Of a DNA stretch of 64,000 bases, positions 10,376 to 22,400 are shown one piece after another. How positions within the stretch are numbered: position 1 is the stretch's first letter; each line of letters begins with the position of its first letter. Under the pieces are notes generated by a model. That model searched no databases and had not been told where the DNA came from. It worked only from the letters and a program-made list of their open reading frames with translations. Position numbers and translations under genes: made by a program. This DNA is from an uncultured delta proteobacterium (GTDB taxonomy: Bacteria > Myxococcota_A > Polyangia > Polyangiales > Houyiibacteriaceae), in NCBI GenBank assembly GCA_963699755.1, contig CAVOVB010000001.1:1856001-1920000 (forward strand), in the 5' to 3' direction.

Positions 10376-11437
10376 CTATGCTTCTAGCACGGCGGGGGGA
10401 GCGAAGTATCTCTTCCGAATCCCGAGGGCGACGCTGACCAGGGCGATCATGACCGGCACCTCGACCAAGGGGCCGATGACCGCCGCAAAGGCGGCTCCGT
10501 GATGAATGCCAAAGGTCGCGACGGCAACCGCGATCGCGAGCTCGAAGTTGTTCGAGGCAGCCGTGAAAGACAGCGTCGTCGCCACCGGGTAGTCGGCCCC
10601 TGCAGCCTTCGAGAGCCAGAACGAGATGAAGAACATGGCCACGAAGTAGATGAGAAGCGGTATGGCGATGCGAACCACGTCGAACGGTAGGGCGACGATC
10701 GTGTCTCCCTTGAGCGAGAACATGACGACGATCGTGAAGAGAAGGGCGACTAGCGTGATCGGACCGATGCGCGGCGCAAAGGACTCGTCGTACCAGTCGC
10801 GTCCCTTCGCCTTGATGAGCCCTGTTCGTGTCAGGAAGCCAGCAGCGAAGGGGATGCCGAGATAGATCGCGACGCTCTTGGCGATTTCGGTGATCGTGAT
10901 GTCGACGACCACTCCTTCGAGGCCCAGCTGTGCCGGCAGCCAGGTGACGAAGAACCATGCATAGACCGAGAAGAACAGAATCTGAAAGATCGAATTGAAA
11001 GCGACCAATCCTGCTGCGAATTCGCGGTCTCCGAGCGCGAGATCATTCCAGACGATGACCATGGCGATGCAGCGTGCCAGCCCGATGATGATCAGCCCGA
11101 CCATGTACTCCGGCTTGTCGGGCAACAATGTGACCGCCAAGGCAAACATGAGCACTGGGCCGATGACCCAGTTCTGAATCAGCGACAGCGTCAGGACCTT
11201 CTTGTTGGTGAAGACGCGCCCCATCTCCTCGTACCGGACTTTCGCGAGGGGCGGGTACATCATTAGAATCAAGCCCACCGCGATTGGGATGGACGTCGTA
11301 CCGATGCTCATGGCGTTCAGCGCATCGGCAAATCCCGGTACGAGGTAGCCCAGGCCAATGCCGAGCGCCATGGCGACGAAGATCCACAGCGTCAGGTAAC
11401 GGTCGAGAAATGAAAGGCGGCGCTGCTGGCTGGTCAT
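10376..11437 (-). CDS. acr3: Acr3 arsenite efflux transporter
   Basis: [44 protein letters not shown] and GPLVEVPV. Confidence 0.96.
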   Translation of the reverse strand: MTSQQRRLSFLDRYLTLWIFVAMALGIGLGYLVPGFADALNAMSIGTTSIPIAVGLILMMYPPLAKVRYEEMGRVFTNKKVLTLSLIQNWVIGPVLMFALAVTLLPDKPEYMVGLIIIGLARCIAMVIVWNDLALGDREFAAGLVAFNSIFQILFFSVYAWFFVTWLPAQLGLEGVVVDITITEIAKSVAIYLGIPFAAGFLTRTGLIKAKGRDWYDESFAPRIGPITLVALLFTIVVMFSLKGDTIVALPFDVVRIAIPLLIYFVAMFFISFWLSKAAGADYPVATTLSFTAASNNFELAIAVAVATFGIHHGAAFAAVIGPLVEVPVMIALVSVALGIRKRYFAPPAVLEA

Positions 11438-11490
11438 CGTGTTGCGCTTTGCGTGGCAGGTGGCGGGAGCCTTCCATATACTCCGCGGCA

Positions 11491-12246
11491 ATGAAAGCCG
11501 AACGGCATGAGCGCCAACCCAGCCATTATCTGATTCAGGGCCGCAACGTGACGATGCCATGTGTCGTTCGGGATGCATGCTCTGCGACGGCGACTTGGCT
11601 CGTCAGCGCGCAGGCGGCCCAGGCGCTGCTCCCCGGGCCCGAGCTCGAGATCGCCCAAGTGCTCCCAGGGCGCGGGCTGCTCAGCATCGCGTGCATCGAC
11701 TACCGCGACAATGACCTAGGCGACTACAATGAGGTTTCGATTGCGTTCTTCGTTCGCAAGCGTGGTGATCGCAAGGGCGTTCCGTTCATGGGCGCGGGAA
11801 TCGACATGATTCGGGGGGTTCTCCCAACGCACATCATTCATCTTCCGGTGAATCAGTCCTTCACCTGCGAGGCCGGGCAAACGATTTGGGGGTTTCCCAA
11901 GACGGTCGATGAAATCGATTTCGACACGAGCGGCGACCGCGCCCGATGCGTGTGGAACAAGGACGGGCAAAACGTGCTGAAGATCAGTTTCCCGATCGGC
12001 GGAAATCGCGCCTTTCCTGAGCAGGAGCTTTGCACCTACAGCTACATCGACGGGACGCTGCATCGGACGCCGTTCATATCGAGCGCTGAAAATCTCGGCG
12101 TTCGGCTTGGCGGCGTGAAAATGGCGCTGGGTGCACACCCAATCGCGGACGAGCTGCGTTCGCTCGGTCTTCCGAAGCCAGCACTGATGAGCTTGTGGAT
12201 GGGAAAGATGAGAGGCCGGTTCGAGGCTGCCGAGAGGTGTGCCTGA
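11491..12246 (+). CDS. Acetoacetate decarboxylase (ADC) family protein
   Basis: [27 protein letters not shown] and the Schiff-base-type IWGFPK motif. Confidence 0.8.
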   Translation: MKAERHERQPSHYLIQGRNVTMPCVVRDACSATATWLVSAQAAQALLPGPELEIAQVLPGRGLLSIACIDYRDNDLGDYNEVSIAFFVRKRGDRKGVPFMGAGIDMIRGVLPTHIIHLPVNQSFTCEAGQTIWGFPKTVDEIDFDTSGDRARCVWNKDGQNVLKISFPIGGNRAFPEQELCTYSYIDGTLHRTPFISSAENLGVRLGGVKMALGAHPIADELRSLGLPKPALMSLWMGKMRGRFEAAERCA

Positions 12247-12265
12247 GGCACAAAGGGAGAAACGC

Positions 12266-13375
<1,110 letters not shown>

Positions 13376-13376
13376 A

Positions 13377-14060
13377 GTGAGCGACGCATCCGAGATTTTC
13401 GTTCATCAGTTCGAGCTCGGTCCCTGGGACAATTTCATCTATTTCATCGGCGACAAGGCGACTCGGACGTGTGCGGTGGTCGACCCGGCATGGGACGCCG
13501 ATTTCATTCTCGCCGAGGCCACGCGGCTCGACGTCGAGATCAGCAACATTCTCTGCACTCACAGTCACTTCGACCACGTGAATCGCGTGGACGAAATTCT
13601 CGAGAAGCGAGACGTGCCGGTGCACATGCTCGGTGAAGAAATCGACTTCTCAGGGTTTCGCTGCGAGAACCTGCATCGTCACCGTCCGGGCGACATCCTG
13701 CGGATCGGCGACCATCTCGAGGTCACGATGGTGCATACGCCTGGTCACACGCCGGGTTCGACCACGTTTCGCCTTCGGGACGCCATCGTCACCGGCGACA
13801 CACTTTTCATCCAAGGCTGCGGACGCTGCGACTTCGTCGGCGGCGACCCGGAGGTCATGTACCAAACGCTCAAGTGCCTCACCGAAGCACTCCCCAGAGA
13901 CACCCGCATGTACCCGGGCCACAACTATGGCCCCGTCACGGTCTCGACCCTCGACGAAGAGCTCAAAGAAAACCCCTATCTCCAACACCAGACCCTAGAA
14001 GCCTTCGTCTCCCACCGAATGGAAGGCAAAACCCCCGGCACGCAACTGCCGCAGCCATAG
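13377..14060 (+). CDS. Metallo-beta-lactamase-fold hydrolase (glyoxalase II-like)
   Basis: THSHFDH, HTPGHTPG, TGDTLFIQGCGR and PGHNY motifs; starts 1 nt after the frmA stop. Confidence 0.9.
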   Translation: MSDASEIFVHQFELGPWDNFIYFIGDKATRTCAVVDPAWDADFILAEATRLDVEISNILCTHSHFDHVNRVDEILEKRDVPVHMLGEEIDFSGFRCENLHRHRPGDILRIGDHLEVTMVHTPGHTPGSTTFRLRDAIVTGDTLFIQGCGRCDFVGGDPEVMYQTLKCLTEALPRDTRMYPGHNYGPVTVSTLDEELKENPYLQHQTLEAFVSHRMEGKTPGTQLPQP

Positions 14061-14106
14061 GGACATTGCGTTCGAGGGCAGGGTCAGGGCTCAGGGTCGG
14101 TCCCTA
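14058..14106. repeat. Short REP-like intergenic element with inverted ends
   Basis: TAGGGAC...GTCCCTA inverted ends include both convergent TAG stops; internal iterations CAGGG(C)TC. Confidence 0.4.
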
Positions 14107-14656
14107 GCGTGTCCCCTTTTGGCGGGCGCGGGTGAGGCCGGTGGATACGTATTGGATGGTGCTGATGGTGATCGTCGCTAGGATGGCGACGCCGAGGAGC
14201 TGCAGTACGAGCATGGGGGGCTGGCCGCGCCAGGCGTGGCTGATCGTGAACAGGACGAAGAGGATCTGGAGGACGGTGTTGAGCTTGCTTGCGCCGGTGG
14301 GTTCGCCGTGGATGGGCGCGACGGAGAGTTGGTAGACGATTGTTCCTGTGATGATGATGAGGTCGCGACCGATGACGATCGCGGAGAACCAGATCGGCAC
14401 CAGTCCTATCCACGCGAGGGTGACAAATGCGGCGAACATGAGAAGTTTGTCTGCAGCCGGGTCGAGCAGGCCCCCTAGTCGAGTGCGCCAGTCGAAACGT
14501 CGGGCCAAAAATCCATCCAGAGCGTCGGAGAAGCCCGGCGAGCAGGATCAAACCCAAGGCGAGTCCATAGCGCCGCTGCAAGAGGCTCCAGACGATCGGC
14601 GCTACCAAGATGATGCGCACGATGCAAATCATGTTGGGGATGTACTTGAGCTTCAC
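14104..14656 (-). CDS. CDP-alcohol phosphatidyltransferase (one frameshift near 14530)
   Basis: IPNMICIVRI, then the D..DG..AR...T.LGGLLDPAADK signature split across two frames. Confidence 0.85.
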
Positions 14657-14673
14657 GGGGGATCCGGTCGGAG

Positions 14674-15505
14674 CTATTTGGCGGTGAACTTGGAGTATCC
14701 GACGGTGACTCGCTGGTACGTGGACGGGAGCAGCCGCACCATCCAGTCGAAGATCGCGCGTCCGGGCCGACCAGGACTCGTCGTTGGTTGCGTCGCACGC
14801 GCGTCGAGGATGACCCGCGCCGCCTTGTCGGGGCCAGTAATGAATGCTTTCTCGAACTTCTCCGTGGTGTCCACGTCATTGATACCAAGATCCCGGATGC
14901 TGCTGTCGACCCGCGCGGCACGGGCGATTCCGGTCTTGATGCCGCCGGGATGGACGCTCGTCGCGCTGACGCCACAGTCCATCATGTCGAGCTCCTGCCT
15001 CAGCGATTCGGTGAAGCCGCGCACGGCAAATTTCGCGGCGTTGTACGCGCTCTGGCTCGGGATCCCCGCCAGGCCGAACACGCTCGAGATGTTGATCACG
15101 TGACCCTCGCCCGACGCCTTGAGATGCGGCAAAAAGGCCTTGGTGCCGTCGACGACACCCCAGAAGTTGATGTTCATCAACCATTCGAAATCTTCGTAGC
15201 GCATGGCCTCGACGGTGCTTGCCAGTGCGACGCCGGCGTTGTTGAAGATGAGGTTGGCCTTGCCGTGCTCGTCCACCTCCTTGTCGCCCAGGCATAGACC
15301 GCCTCACGATCGGCGACGTCCACCCTCTGAGACGTCACGTGAACGCCGAGCCTTCGCACTTGCTCGACGGTGTCAAGCAATCCTTCCTCGTTCACGTCGG
15401 ATAGCGCGACGTCGCATTTGTGGCGCCCGGCTCCATGGCGAGCGCGCGGCCGATGCCAGAGCCGGCGCCTGTGATGGCGGCCACCTTGTTTTCGAAGCTT
15501 TTCAC
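14674..15505 (-). CDS. SDR oxidoreductase (frameshifted)
   Basis: TGAGSGIGRALA, DVADREAV, FNNAGV and YNAAKFAVRGFTESL lie in three different frames. Confidence 0.85.
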
Positions 15506-15632
15506 GACTAACCCTCTCCCCGGAAGCAGCGACCCTGCCAGACGGGATTCGCGCCGTCGACCACTCGGAATCTCCGGCCAGACGGGCTGCGATTGCTGGC
15601 ATACTGGCACGAGAAGAGGCCCTGGAGGAACC

Positions 15633-15932
15633 TTGCCGAACGCGTACATTTCTGGAACCGGCTTCTACGTGCCTGACGACGTTGTCAGCAACGACGATCT
15701 CTCGAAACGCTACGGGATCGACACCAGCCACGAATGGATCGAGAAGCGCACGGGCATCGCAGCGCGCCGTTTCGCACCCGAGGGGGTCGGCACGTCGGAT
15801 CTAGCGGTTCCCGCCGTCCAGATGGCGCTCGAACGAGCGGGGCTTGCGAAGACCGACATCGGGATGATCGTTTTTGCGACGCTGTCCCCAGACCACGCCT
15901 TTCCGGGGTCGGGGGTCTATCTTCAAACCAAG
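15633..15932 (+). pseudogene. fabH: 5' fragment of 3-oxoacyl-ACP synthase III
   Basis: SD GGAGG and TTG start, then GTGFYVP...DTSHEWIEKRTGI..RR...ATLSPDHAFPGSG. Ends after about 100 codons, before the catalytic Cys. Confidence 0.85.
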
Positions 15933-15933
15933 G

Positions 15934-16095
15934 AACGTGTCGGGAGGCCCTGCGATCTCGCTGCCCCTGGGCCGTAGTGAGGATGGAATGCCTTTGGGCG
16001 TGCAGCTCGCATCGCCGCTCGGTGATGAACGAACGCTTCTCGAGCTGGCACTGGAGATCGAAGCGGCAGCGCCCTGGCCTCGGATTGGCGCCTAG
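15934..16095 (+). pseudogene. 3' fragment of an amidase-signature enzyme
   Basis: NVSGGPAISLPLG...GMPLGVQL....[14 protein letters not shown]...PW is a typical amidase C-terminus. Confidence 0.85.
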
Positions 16096-17145
16096 CGTCC
16101 GAGCAGCTCGGCCAAGACAGCGGGGTCGTCGGTGATGATCGCGGTCGTGCCCTTGTCGAGCTGGGCCTGCATGAATTCGGTGGTATTCACCGTCCAAACG
16201 TTGACCTGTAGGCCGGCATCAAGCGCGGCTTGAACCGTCTCGGCCGTGATGGAGAAGAGCGGATGGATCGCGTCTTGCTCCAGGCGCAACGCCGTTTCGA
16301 CGAGTTCCAGGCCTGGATCGACGAGAGGAGGGCGGAGTAGTATCCGGGGCGCGCCGTCTTGACGAGCTCCGCGACGGTTTCATCGAACGAGGAGAAGATG
16401 GTTCGATTCTCTCCGCCGATGAGCGTGATTTCATCGAGGACAGCCGCAACCAACTGCTCGGGCCCGGTCGTATCGGTTAACAAGTCCTCCGAGCCGAAGA
16501 CCTTTAGCTCGACGTCCATGATTGCGTTCCCGCCGATGGCCGGCGTAGACCTCGGGCAACGTCGGCGGCCGTTCGTCGGTTACGGCGCCTGCGCCATCGA
16601 GCAAGCGACACGCTTGGATTCGTCGAAGGTCATTGCACTGACGCAGCCCTGTGCAATTTGCGGTTCCATTGAGCGTATCGTCGTGCATCACGATCTAGTC
16701 GTCCAAGGTGATCTCCACGTCGAGCGAGACGCCGTCGGCCCCTGCATCGATTGCCGCGACGAACGAAGAAATCGAAGTCCCCGGGAAAGGATGGCCCGCC
16801 CGCGTCGGCCCGGTGCCGCGATGACCGAGGTTGGCGGACGGCGTGGAGAAGCCCATTTGATCTCGCACCAAGTCTGCTGGGCGAGTTCTCGCATACAAAT
16901 TTCCTGTTGGTCCCACTCGGCTTCGCAGGCCGTGCTGTCACAGGCATTCTCGGTCGCGCAGGAGTACCAGGCGCGCGTTTCGTCGGTGCAGTTGACGTTG
17001 ATCGTTTGGTTGACCACACGCTCGCAGTTCGGGAATTCGGAGCACGCCGCGCAGCATGCGGTGGCCACGGGGTCGAAGGGGCAGCCCCCGACGATGAACC
17101 GCAACGGAACGCAAGGAGCAGCAACCCGACCCATTCCGCACGCAC
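16092..17145 (-). CDS. Glycerophosphodiester phosphodiesterase with Cys-rich exported N-terminal domain (multiple frameshifts)
   Basis: GHRG, AGADGV.LDV, MHDDTL, VELK, SSFD, VWTVN and IITDDP appear in successive frames. Confidence 0.8.
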
Positions 17146-17148
17146 ACG

Positions 17149-17609
17149 TCATCCGTACACCTCCACTCGGCACCAGGTTGCGAGGGTAACTGAGGACGGA
17201 GGGATTGTCCCGTGCATTTCGAGATCGGAGACGTGTACGTACCAGGGGGCCCGCGAGTCGTAGTACACGCTGAACTTGGGTTTGACTCCCGATCGCCGTC
17301 GAGCGCGCCAGCGCCTCGACCATGACCTTGCCATTCCTCGTTAGCCAGGGCATCGCCGAGCCACAGTCGGCACAAAAAGCCGTGGACCAATACTTCGCGT
17401 CTGGGCAGCTCGAATCGCCGGACCTTGTCTTCGCCCCGCTCCCAGTGGAACTGACCCACGGGGACGAAGATGTTGGCCACGTGCGAAGAGCCGGTCTTTT
17501 TCCGACATCGGCTGCAGTGGCAGTACTGAAACCCACGAAACGGGCCTTCGATGCGAAAGGCCACAGCTCCGCACACGCACGATCCGCAATCCCCATCCAT
17601 GACAGTCAC
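17149..17609 (-). CDS. GFA (CENP-V/Gfa) family Zn-binding protein (frameshifted)
   Basis: GSCVCGAV, CHCSRCRK, FCADCGS and SRAPWY motifs; GTGA overlap with the upstream gene. The 3' end is uncertain. Confidence 0.8.
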
Positions 17610-18151
17610 TCCTTCAGGGGCAAGAACTTGAGCTTCTGGCCTCCGATACTCGCTTCGGCCATGAGGCCGGCTGTCGGAAGGACTACGATCGCCATGCTGT
17701 CCGCGTACTTGGCCTTGGCCGCGGCTCCTTGGTCGGCCGCTTGGCAGTCGCCGGGCGCTCAGCTCCAGCCTGTTCTTTTTGAAGCGATTGAGCGCCGACT
17801 TGGTCTTGAATAGGATGATTCCTCGGCAAACTTCTGGCCGCCGATTTGCGCGCCGATGGTCCCTTGGGAGAGATGAGCGCGTCCGATGAGCTGCCCCCTG
17901 CGTAGACCTCACCGCGCCCCCCGGCGCCCCCCGACGATGAACCCGCCCTTGGCGACCTCGGGGAAGATTGCATAGCCGACGAGATTCTTGAGGCTAGCCT
18001 GGAAGGTTCTGTCTTTTTCGTGGAACCGTTCCATCGCATCCCGGACGTCGGCCGCTAGCTGCGCGTCGCTTTCGCTGTCCGCGGCAACCGGGGTGGCGGC
18101 TGTGAGGAGAACTAGCGAGAGGCCGAGGACGAGGAACGGTGAGGCTGGCAT
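17606..18151 (-). CDS. Exported Ysc84/SYLF lipid-binding domain protein (frameshifted)
   Basis: Signal peptide, GYAIFPEVAKGGFIVGG, GAQIGGQ and GLMAEASIGGQKLKF. Confidence 0.8.
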
Positions 18152-18304
18152 GCGAAGATTTTGGACCAGACGTCGCGCTGGTCAGAAACCGCCAGCCGGA
18201 GTGCCAGGCGGGCCCTACGAAACCGGCTAGGATCCTCCATCCATGAGCGACCTTATACTTTGACTCTTTATTTTCCCCACCCAACTGACTACAAAGTCCC
18301 TCGT

Positions 18305-19324
18305 ATGCGTAAATCTATTTTTTCTTGGGGTGCTGCTCTCCGGCCATCGTTGGCCATCGTCGGCCCGGCGGTTGCCGAAGACCCAAGAGTTCATCATGGA
18401 GGTCGGCACCGTGGCTCCCAAGGGAAGCCCCTGGGCCGAACAGCTTCAACGCTTCAAGGCTGAGGTCCAGGAAAGGACGAACGGTCGGTTGAAAGTGAAG
18501 CTTCGGCTCGGACGAGGCAACGAACGGTCGATGGCGCGCAGGGTTCAGATGGGAAGCATGCAAGCGTTTGCAGGCTCCGTCGGCGGCATGAGCTCGATCG
18601 TTCGAGAGGTCAATGTCATCGAGGCGCCCTACGTTTTCGAGACCTTTGCGAGCGCGGACAAGGCCCTCGGATACGCCCGAGGTCACCGAGCAGGTCAAGA
18701 AGGTCCTTGCAAGCGAGGGTTGATTTTCGGTATATGGGCTGAGAACGGATACCGGTCCTACTTCAGCAACCAGAAGATCCGCAAACCAAGCGACATGGCC
18801 GGGATTCGCTTCCGTTCACAAGAGTCAATGGTGCACGTCGAAACCTACGAGGCCTTCGGCGCGGACTCCGGTTCCCATCGACAACGGCAATACCCTGACT
18901 GAGCGTGCAGACCGGGTCGTGGACGGTTTCGACAACACGCCGCTCTTTGCGATGGCGGCTAGCTGGTATCAGGGCCTCAAGGAAGGCCAGCGCCACATCT
19001 TTCTCAGCCGCCATTGCTACCAGCCCGCGCTCCTCGTTTACTCCAAGAAGTGGTTCGACACCCTTCCAAAGGAAATCCAGGAAGTGATCACGATGCCTCA
19101 CGACCTCACCGTCTGGGGGCGAAACCAGGTCCGAAGGTCTGAAAATCCTGTCTTGCTCAAGAACCTGGAGCGCTATGGGTACGAATCTGACCGATCCCAC
19201 GGCAGGGTAAGAGCTGGCTTAGCCTTCAAAGGCCTGAAGCAGAAGGGCGTCCCGGACCGCATCGCGAAAGAGATGGGGCCCGAGGGGGTTGCACTCTTGA
19301 AGGCTATTCCGTCAGACATTCTGA
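18305..19324 (+). CDS. dctP: TRAP transporter substrate-binding protein DctP (frameshifted)
   Basis: GTVAPKGSPW, WAENGYR, DMAGIRFRSQES and DGFDNTPL. Confidence 0.8.
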
Positions 19325-19333
19325 GCGTCGCCC

Positions 19334-20193
19334 ATGAAACCACACGTTCTTCACGGCAAGAACATCGCCGTTTCGACTCATCCTCTAAAAGCGCGGCAGG
19401 TGCTCGGCAAGTACCGGATTCGCCGCCGAATGGAGCCGGTGCGTTTGCGACGGTGTACGAGGCGTACGACACGATCGAGGGCATCCCCATTGCGCTCAAA
19501 GTTCCGAACCTCGATCAGCTCGACAAGGAATCGCTGAACAGTATCCAACGCGAGGTCCGTCTCACGGCGCGCCTGGACCACGAGAACATCTTGCCGCTCC
19601 GCAACGCCATGATGATCGACGGGCACTTCGTGATTGCAACTCCGCTGGCCAGCAGACACTGACCGACCGCTTGCACTACCGCCTTGGTCCGAAACCGCGC
19701 TTTCGTACACCGAGCAGCTGGTCGATGCCCTCGCGTACGCGCACGAGGTTCGAGTCATTCACTGCGACATCAAGCCTGACAACGTCATCCTCTTTCCGGA
19801 GGGGCACGTTCGCTTGGCTGATTTCGGCATCGCGAAAGTCGCGCTTCGGACGCGAACGATCATGGGCTCCGGGCAGGGCACCGTCGGCTACATCGCGCCC
19901 GAGCAAGCGATGGGCAAGCCGTCGTTTCGTTCGGATGTGTTCTCGATGGGCCTGCTAATCTATCGCATGTTTGCCGGCGAGCTCCCCGCCTGGCCGTTTG
20001 ATTGGCCGCTGCCGGGTGCCGAACGGCTTCGCCGCACCGTCAGCCGGGATTTCATCGGGTTTCTTCGCCGCGCGATCGAGGTCCGGGAACGCAAACGATT
20101 TTCGGGATGGCGTACAGATGCAGAGGGCGCGTTCAAGCGGTCGCGCCCAAGGCCCTTCGAAAGAGCACGCGCAGCAAGAGAGCGTCACTGTGA
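19334..20193 (+). CDS. Hanks-type Ser/Thr protein kinase (frameshifted)
   Basis: GAGAFATVY, ALK, HCDIKPDN, DFG, GTVGYIAPEQ and SDVFSMG. Confidence 0.88.
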
Positions 20194-20996
20194 GCAAAGC
20201 CCACATCTTCGCAGATGTGGACATGGAGCGGGGACAGCGCTTCGAGCTTGGCGGCTGCGAGGCGGTCGTGCGCAGCATTCGGAAACCAGGACGGGAAGGG
20301 CCGAACGAAGACGCTGCGGGCTTGATCTCATTCGGCGAGGAGGCCGCTGTAGCGGTGGTGTCCGATGGCGCCGGTGGCCATCCTCGCGGTGCCGAGGCAG
20401 CGAAGCTTGCGGTGCAAGCGGTCTGTGAATCGGTGGCGGAGCTGGGCGCAGAGATCGCGAATCTGCGCGGGGCGATCATCAATGGCTTCGAATCCGCGGA
20501 CGGTGCGATTTCCGCGCTTGGAACCGGCGCGGCGGCCACCCTCGCGGTCGTCGAAGTGCAGGGACATAAGATGCGCTCCTATCATGCGGGCGATTCGATG
20601 GTGCTGGTGACCGGACAACGCGGACGCATCAAGTGGCAGACGATCCCGCACTCTCCGGTTGGCTATGCCGTCGAGGCGGGGTTGTTGGATGCAGGAGAGG
20701 CACTGCACCACGAAGACCTGCACATCGTGTCCAACCTCTTGGGCACGAAAGACATGCGAATCGAGCTGGGTGCCACACTTACTCTGGCGCGGCGTGATAC
20801 GGTCGTTTTGGCCAGCGACGGGCTCAGCGACAACCTTCACCTCGACGAGATCGTGGAGCAGGTCCGTAAGGGGCCGCTCGTGAGGGCCGTCGACGACTTG
20901 GCTGCCCTCGGGCGTCGACGCATGGAGGCGCCGTCCGACGGGTTTCCCTCGAAGCCTGACGACCTCACGTTCATCGCGATTCGCCGCCGTCGCTGA
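20190..20996 (+). CDS. PP2C-family protein phosphatase
   Basis: NEDA, VSDGAGGH, HAGDS, ASDGLSDN and DDLT motifs; GTGA overlap with the kinase stop. Confidence 0.9.
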   Translation: MSKAHIFADVDMERGQRFELGGCEAVVRSIRKPGREGPNEDAAGLISFGEEAAVAVVSDGAGGHPRGAEAAKLAVQAVCESVAELGAEIANLRGAIINGFESADGAISALGTGAAATLAVVEVQGHKMRSYHAGDSMVLVTGQRGRIKWQTIPHSPVGYAVEAGLLDAGEALHHEDLHIVSNLLGTKDMRIELGATLTLARRDTVVLASDGLSDNLHLDEIVEQVRKGPLVRAVDDLAALGRRRMEAPSDGFPSKPDDLTFIAIRRRR

Positions 20997-21106
20997 CCCC
21001 GTGAAGCGACTTCGTCGCCACGGGGCGACCAATGCCCGTGGACGACGTACAGCATCGACAATGTCGGGTCGCGCTGATGGTGGCACTTGGTGGTATGGTT
21101 CACGCC

Positions 21107-22400
21107 ATGCTGTCTCGGCTTGGTGAGGTTTTCAGCCGATGGGCCGAACGCTGGGTTCCCGACCCATTCGTGCTCGCACTCGCACTGACCATGATTGCGC
21201 TCCTCGGAGGCTTCGCGCTCTCGGGGTCCGTCGCCGGTGCTTCAGGGCTGGTACGGCGGCTTCTCGAGCACGCCGCTGCTCGCCTTTGCCCTGCAGATGT
21301 GCCTCATCTTGGTGACCGGTCAGGCCTTGGCGGCGAGCCCGCCTGTGCAGAGGCTGGTCCGAGCGGTCGCGCGCGTGCCCAAGCGGACGCCGGAGGCCGC
21401 TGGTTTGGTCGCGCTCATCGCCTGCCTGACCGGTCTCATCCAGTGGGGGCTAGGGGCGGTCGTCGCGGCATTCGTGGTTCGGGAGATCGCCTACAGCGCT
21501 GCGCAAGACGAGCGGCCGATGGACATTCCGGTGCTCGGTGCTGCTGCGTACACGGGGCTCGCGGTCTGGCACGGCGGGCTCAGCGGTTCGGCTCCCTTGA
21601 AGGCCGCGGAGTCGGCGCAGTTCACGCAGGCTGCGACGCAGGCGATCCCCGTGAGCGAAACGCTCTTCTCACCGCTGAATCTCGCCGTCAGTGGCGGCTT
21701 GCTGATTTTGTTGCCACTCCTATGCGTCGCGCTCGCGCCCAGGGCCGCATTGGTTCCCGAGGTCCCAGCTCTGCGCGCCGCCGCATCGCAGCGGGGTAAG
21801 CGCTCGGCTCTGGGGCTGATCGTCGGCGGCGCAGCCGTTCTCCTGGTCGGCTACGGCTGGTTCCGAGGAGAGGTGGCGTTCGATCTCAACTCCGTGAATC
21901 TCTTTTTCCTGGCGCTTGCGCTTGCCGCACATGGCTCGATTCGGAGTTTTATTGATTCGGTCTCGGACGGGGCGCGCGGCGCGGGCGCCATCATTGTTCA
22001 GTTCCCTTTGTATTTCGGCATCCTCGGCGTCATGCAGGCGAGCGGAATGATCGAGCGGCTCTCGTCGGCCATGGCTTCCGTCGCATCCCACAGTACCTTT
22101 CCCCTGCTGACCTTCCTCAGCGCGGGCCTGGTGAATTTCTTCGTGCCCTCGGGCGGAGGCCAGTGGGCGCTTCAAAGCGACGTTCTGCTCAGCACGACCG
22201 CCGTCCTCGATCTCGATTCGGGGCGCACGGTCATGGCCTTTGCCTACGGCGACGAGTGGACGAACCTCCTGCAGCCGTTTTGGGCCCTGCCGCTGCTTGC
22301 CATCACCGGCCTCAAGGCTCGCCAGATCGCTGGCTACACCGCCGTCTTGGCGATCGGCATGGGGCTTTACGTCGGCGTCGTTCTTTTGCTGTTCGGCTAG
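21107..22400 (+). CDS. atoE: Short-chain fatty acid transporter, AtoE/TIGR00366 family (frameshift near 21240)
   Basis: [42 protein letters not shown] and [12 protein letters not shown]. Confidence 0.88.

Noticed and set aside
11491..12246. ADC-family gene as part of the acetoacetate (scoAB/BKACE) module
   Set aside because: It is 10 kb away, and most ADC-superfamily members are not true acetoacetate decarboxylases.
17149..17609. GFA gene as part of a formaldehyde pathway with frmA
   Set aside because: It is a generic GFA-family protein on the opposite strand, and the suspect junction at 15932 lies between the two genes.
14500..21300. Programmed frameshifting or phase variation as the cause of the split genes
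   Set aside because: The indels are scattered through unrelated genes with no consistent slippery sites or repeat tracts.
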